Part shown: positions 62,756 to 64,000 of the stretch, in pieces
Layout: every line of letters begins with the position of its first letter
Position numbering within the stretch: position 1 is the stretch's first letter
DNA from: Anthoceros angustus
Lineage: Eukaryota; Plantae; Anthocerotophyta
Length of the DNA stretch: 64,000 bases
Direction of reading: 5' to 3'
Assembly: GCA_010909165.1 (NCBI GenBank)
Contig: MU008209.1
Coordinates: forward strand, 124,001-188,000
The notes under the pieces: generated by a model
Told to the model about the DNA's origin: nothing
What the model saw: the letters and a program-made list of their open reading frames with translations, nothing else
The model's database searches: none
Position numbers and translations under genes: made by a program

Positions 62756-64000
62756 TTTGAAAATAACATTTGGGGAGACACCAAACACCAATAATACATC
62801 TATGGACAATGTTACCCACTTCTCCATATATTAAACATTTCATTAAATGACTCGATGTATCATCATACTTGTATGAGACATAATTTATTTTTTAAGATTA
62901 GGTTCAATTATCTTTGTAAGTCAGGGTTTATTAGAGGTCATCATATAGTTATCTTTATTAGGGTTTAGCATTTATCTTATAATACAATAGGTAGATAGGG
63001 GATTCAATACCCATACTAGATATTTATAGCCAAGGACTTCTTCGTTAATGGACATCCAGACGTAATGATTGAACATATCCAAACATAATATAAAATTTAT
63101 ATATATATATGCAAATTTTTATAATAAATATTATAAAATTATATATAATGGTACATACCTATGGACACACCTGCTCCGGATTTGGGATTCGGGCTCGTGT
63201 GATATAAAATACTCAAAAACAGCAAACCTAAATTCAAACCAGCTGCACAGGCGCACCAACGGCTACATTGCGGTAGCCACGCCGCCCAAATTCAAACCGA
63301 AGTGCACCCGCCCAAGCGCTACGTCCATTTTGTGCAGTCGAAGGCGCGTAAAACTGGCCTTCTAAGCCTGTGGCGCGAACGCAGGCCGCAACCACCTTAG
63401 CGCTACTCCCGTTCGGCAAGCACCATTTCGGGTCTTTCGGACGCGGTTAATCTTGGTGCCGTTCTTCGCTGCCAGGCCCCCACCTATAACACATCTCCTG
63501 TTTCCAGATGCAATTGACAGTTCTCCTCGCAGCGCTCCCCAGTCTGCTCATTGCGCTCCGTCTCCTCGGCATTTGTGTTTGCCCCATCTGTCTCTTACAA
63601 TCCGGTAGCTGGTCGGAAGCGGTGCACTCGCAGCTGGAGGTTGCTCGCTTGTGCGTCCTGCATTTTGTTGTAATCGGTGTGCCAAGTGTGTCTTTCTGCG
63701 GAAGCGTGATTTCCTGCTTTGCGCTTCAGCAGCGCATCAGGCTGTGCGGGTCTGATCCTCCTGTTTCTGACGCGGGTGAGGTTATGGTGCAGGCTCTTGC
63801 TTGGGAGTTGTGAGGCTGACGGCTTGCTTTGCAGCAGGTGCTTCTTTGGTTTTTGTTCTCGTGGCTTTCTCGCCTTGCTCGATGCAGTGTAACGTTGCAG
63901 CAGGGCTGACATATCCTGGAAAGTGTGCTTGTTCGTCCTGCAGGAAGGAATGGATAATTCTGCGAGGAGAGTTACGCGCAGCCAGGCACGGGCATCTGGC

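Noticed and set aside
63480-64000. Possible gene start or short ORFs at the window end
   Set aside because: No recognisable domain and truncated by the window edge, so it cannot be supported.

Overview
Eukaryotic plant nuclear DNA, probably a seed-free land plant. The WW/PDF-motif PLS-PPR ending in a DYW:KP 'DRH' domain suggests a hornwort (inference). 1-39.1 kb is a tandem array of about 3.4 copies of a 9-13 kb composite unit. Each unit holds a GRDP (DUF1399) gene fragment, a DYW:KP PPR pseudogene, minisatellites, a degenerate NeSL/HERO-like non-LTR retrotransposon whose 5' end abuts 28S rDNA at the peptidyl-transferase centre, a scrambled 28S relic split by a Copia gag remnant, and the 5' end of a BAHD gene. 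Two units also carry a diverged, RT-less second subfamily of the element, head-to-head, with the same 28S junction. 39-54 kb is an ordinary gene-dense stretch: BAHD acyltransferase, DUF6737, a 57-aa DUF3511 protein missed by the ORF track, crooked neck, and an intact PPR-DYW:KP candidate U-to-C editing factor. 56-62.8 kb is an A1 aspartic protease pseudogene with its middle inverted and interrupted by a 5.1-kb TG..CA element with a 5-bp TSD, which looks like a giant protein-coding solo LTR. The most notable signal is an apparently 28S-rDNA site-specific retrotransposon family in a land plant. Many copy-specific indels in the array look like long-read consensus errors. All family assignments are by eye from recalled motifs, not database searches, and boundaries inside repeats are approximate.
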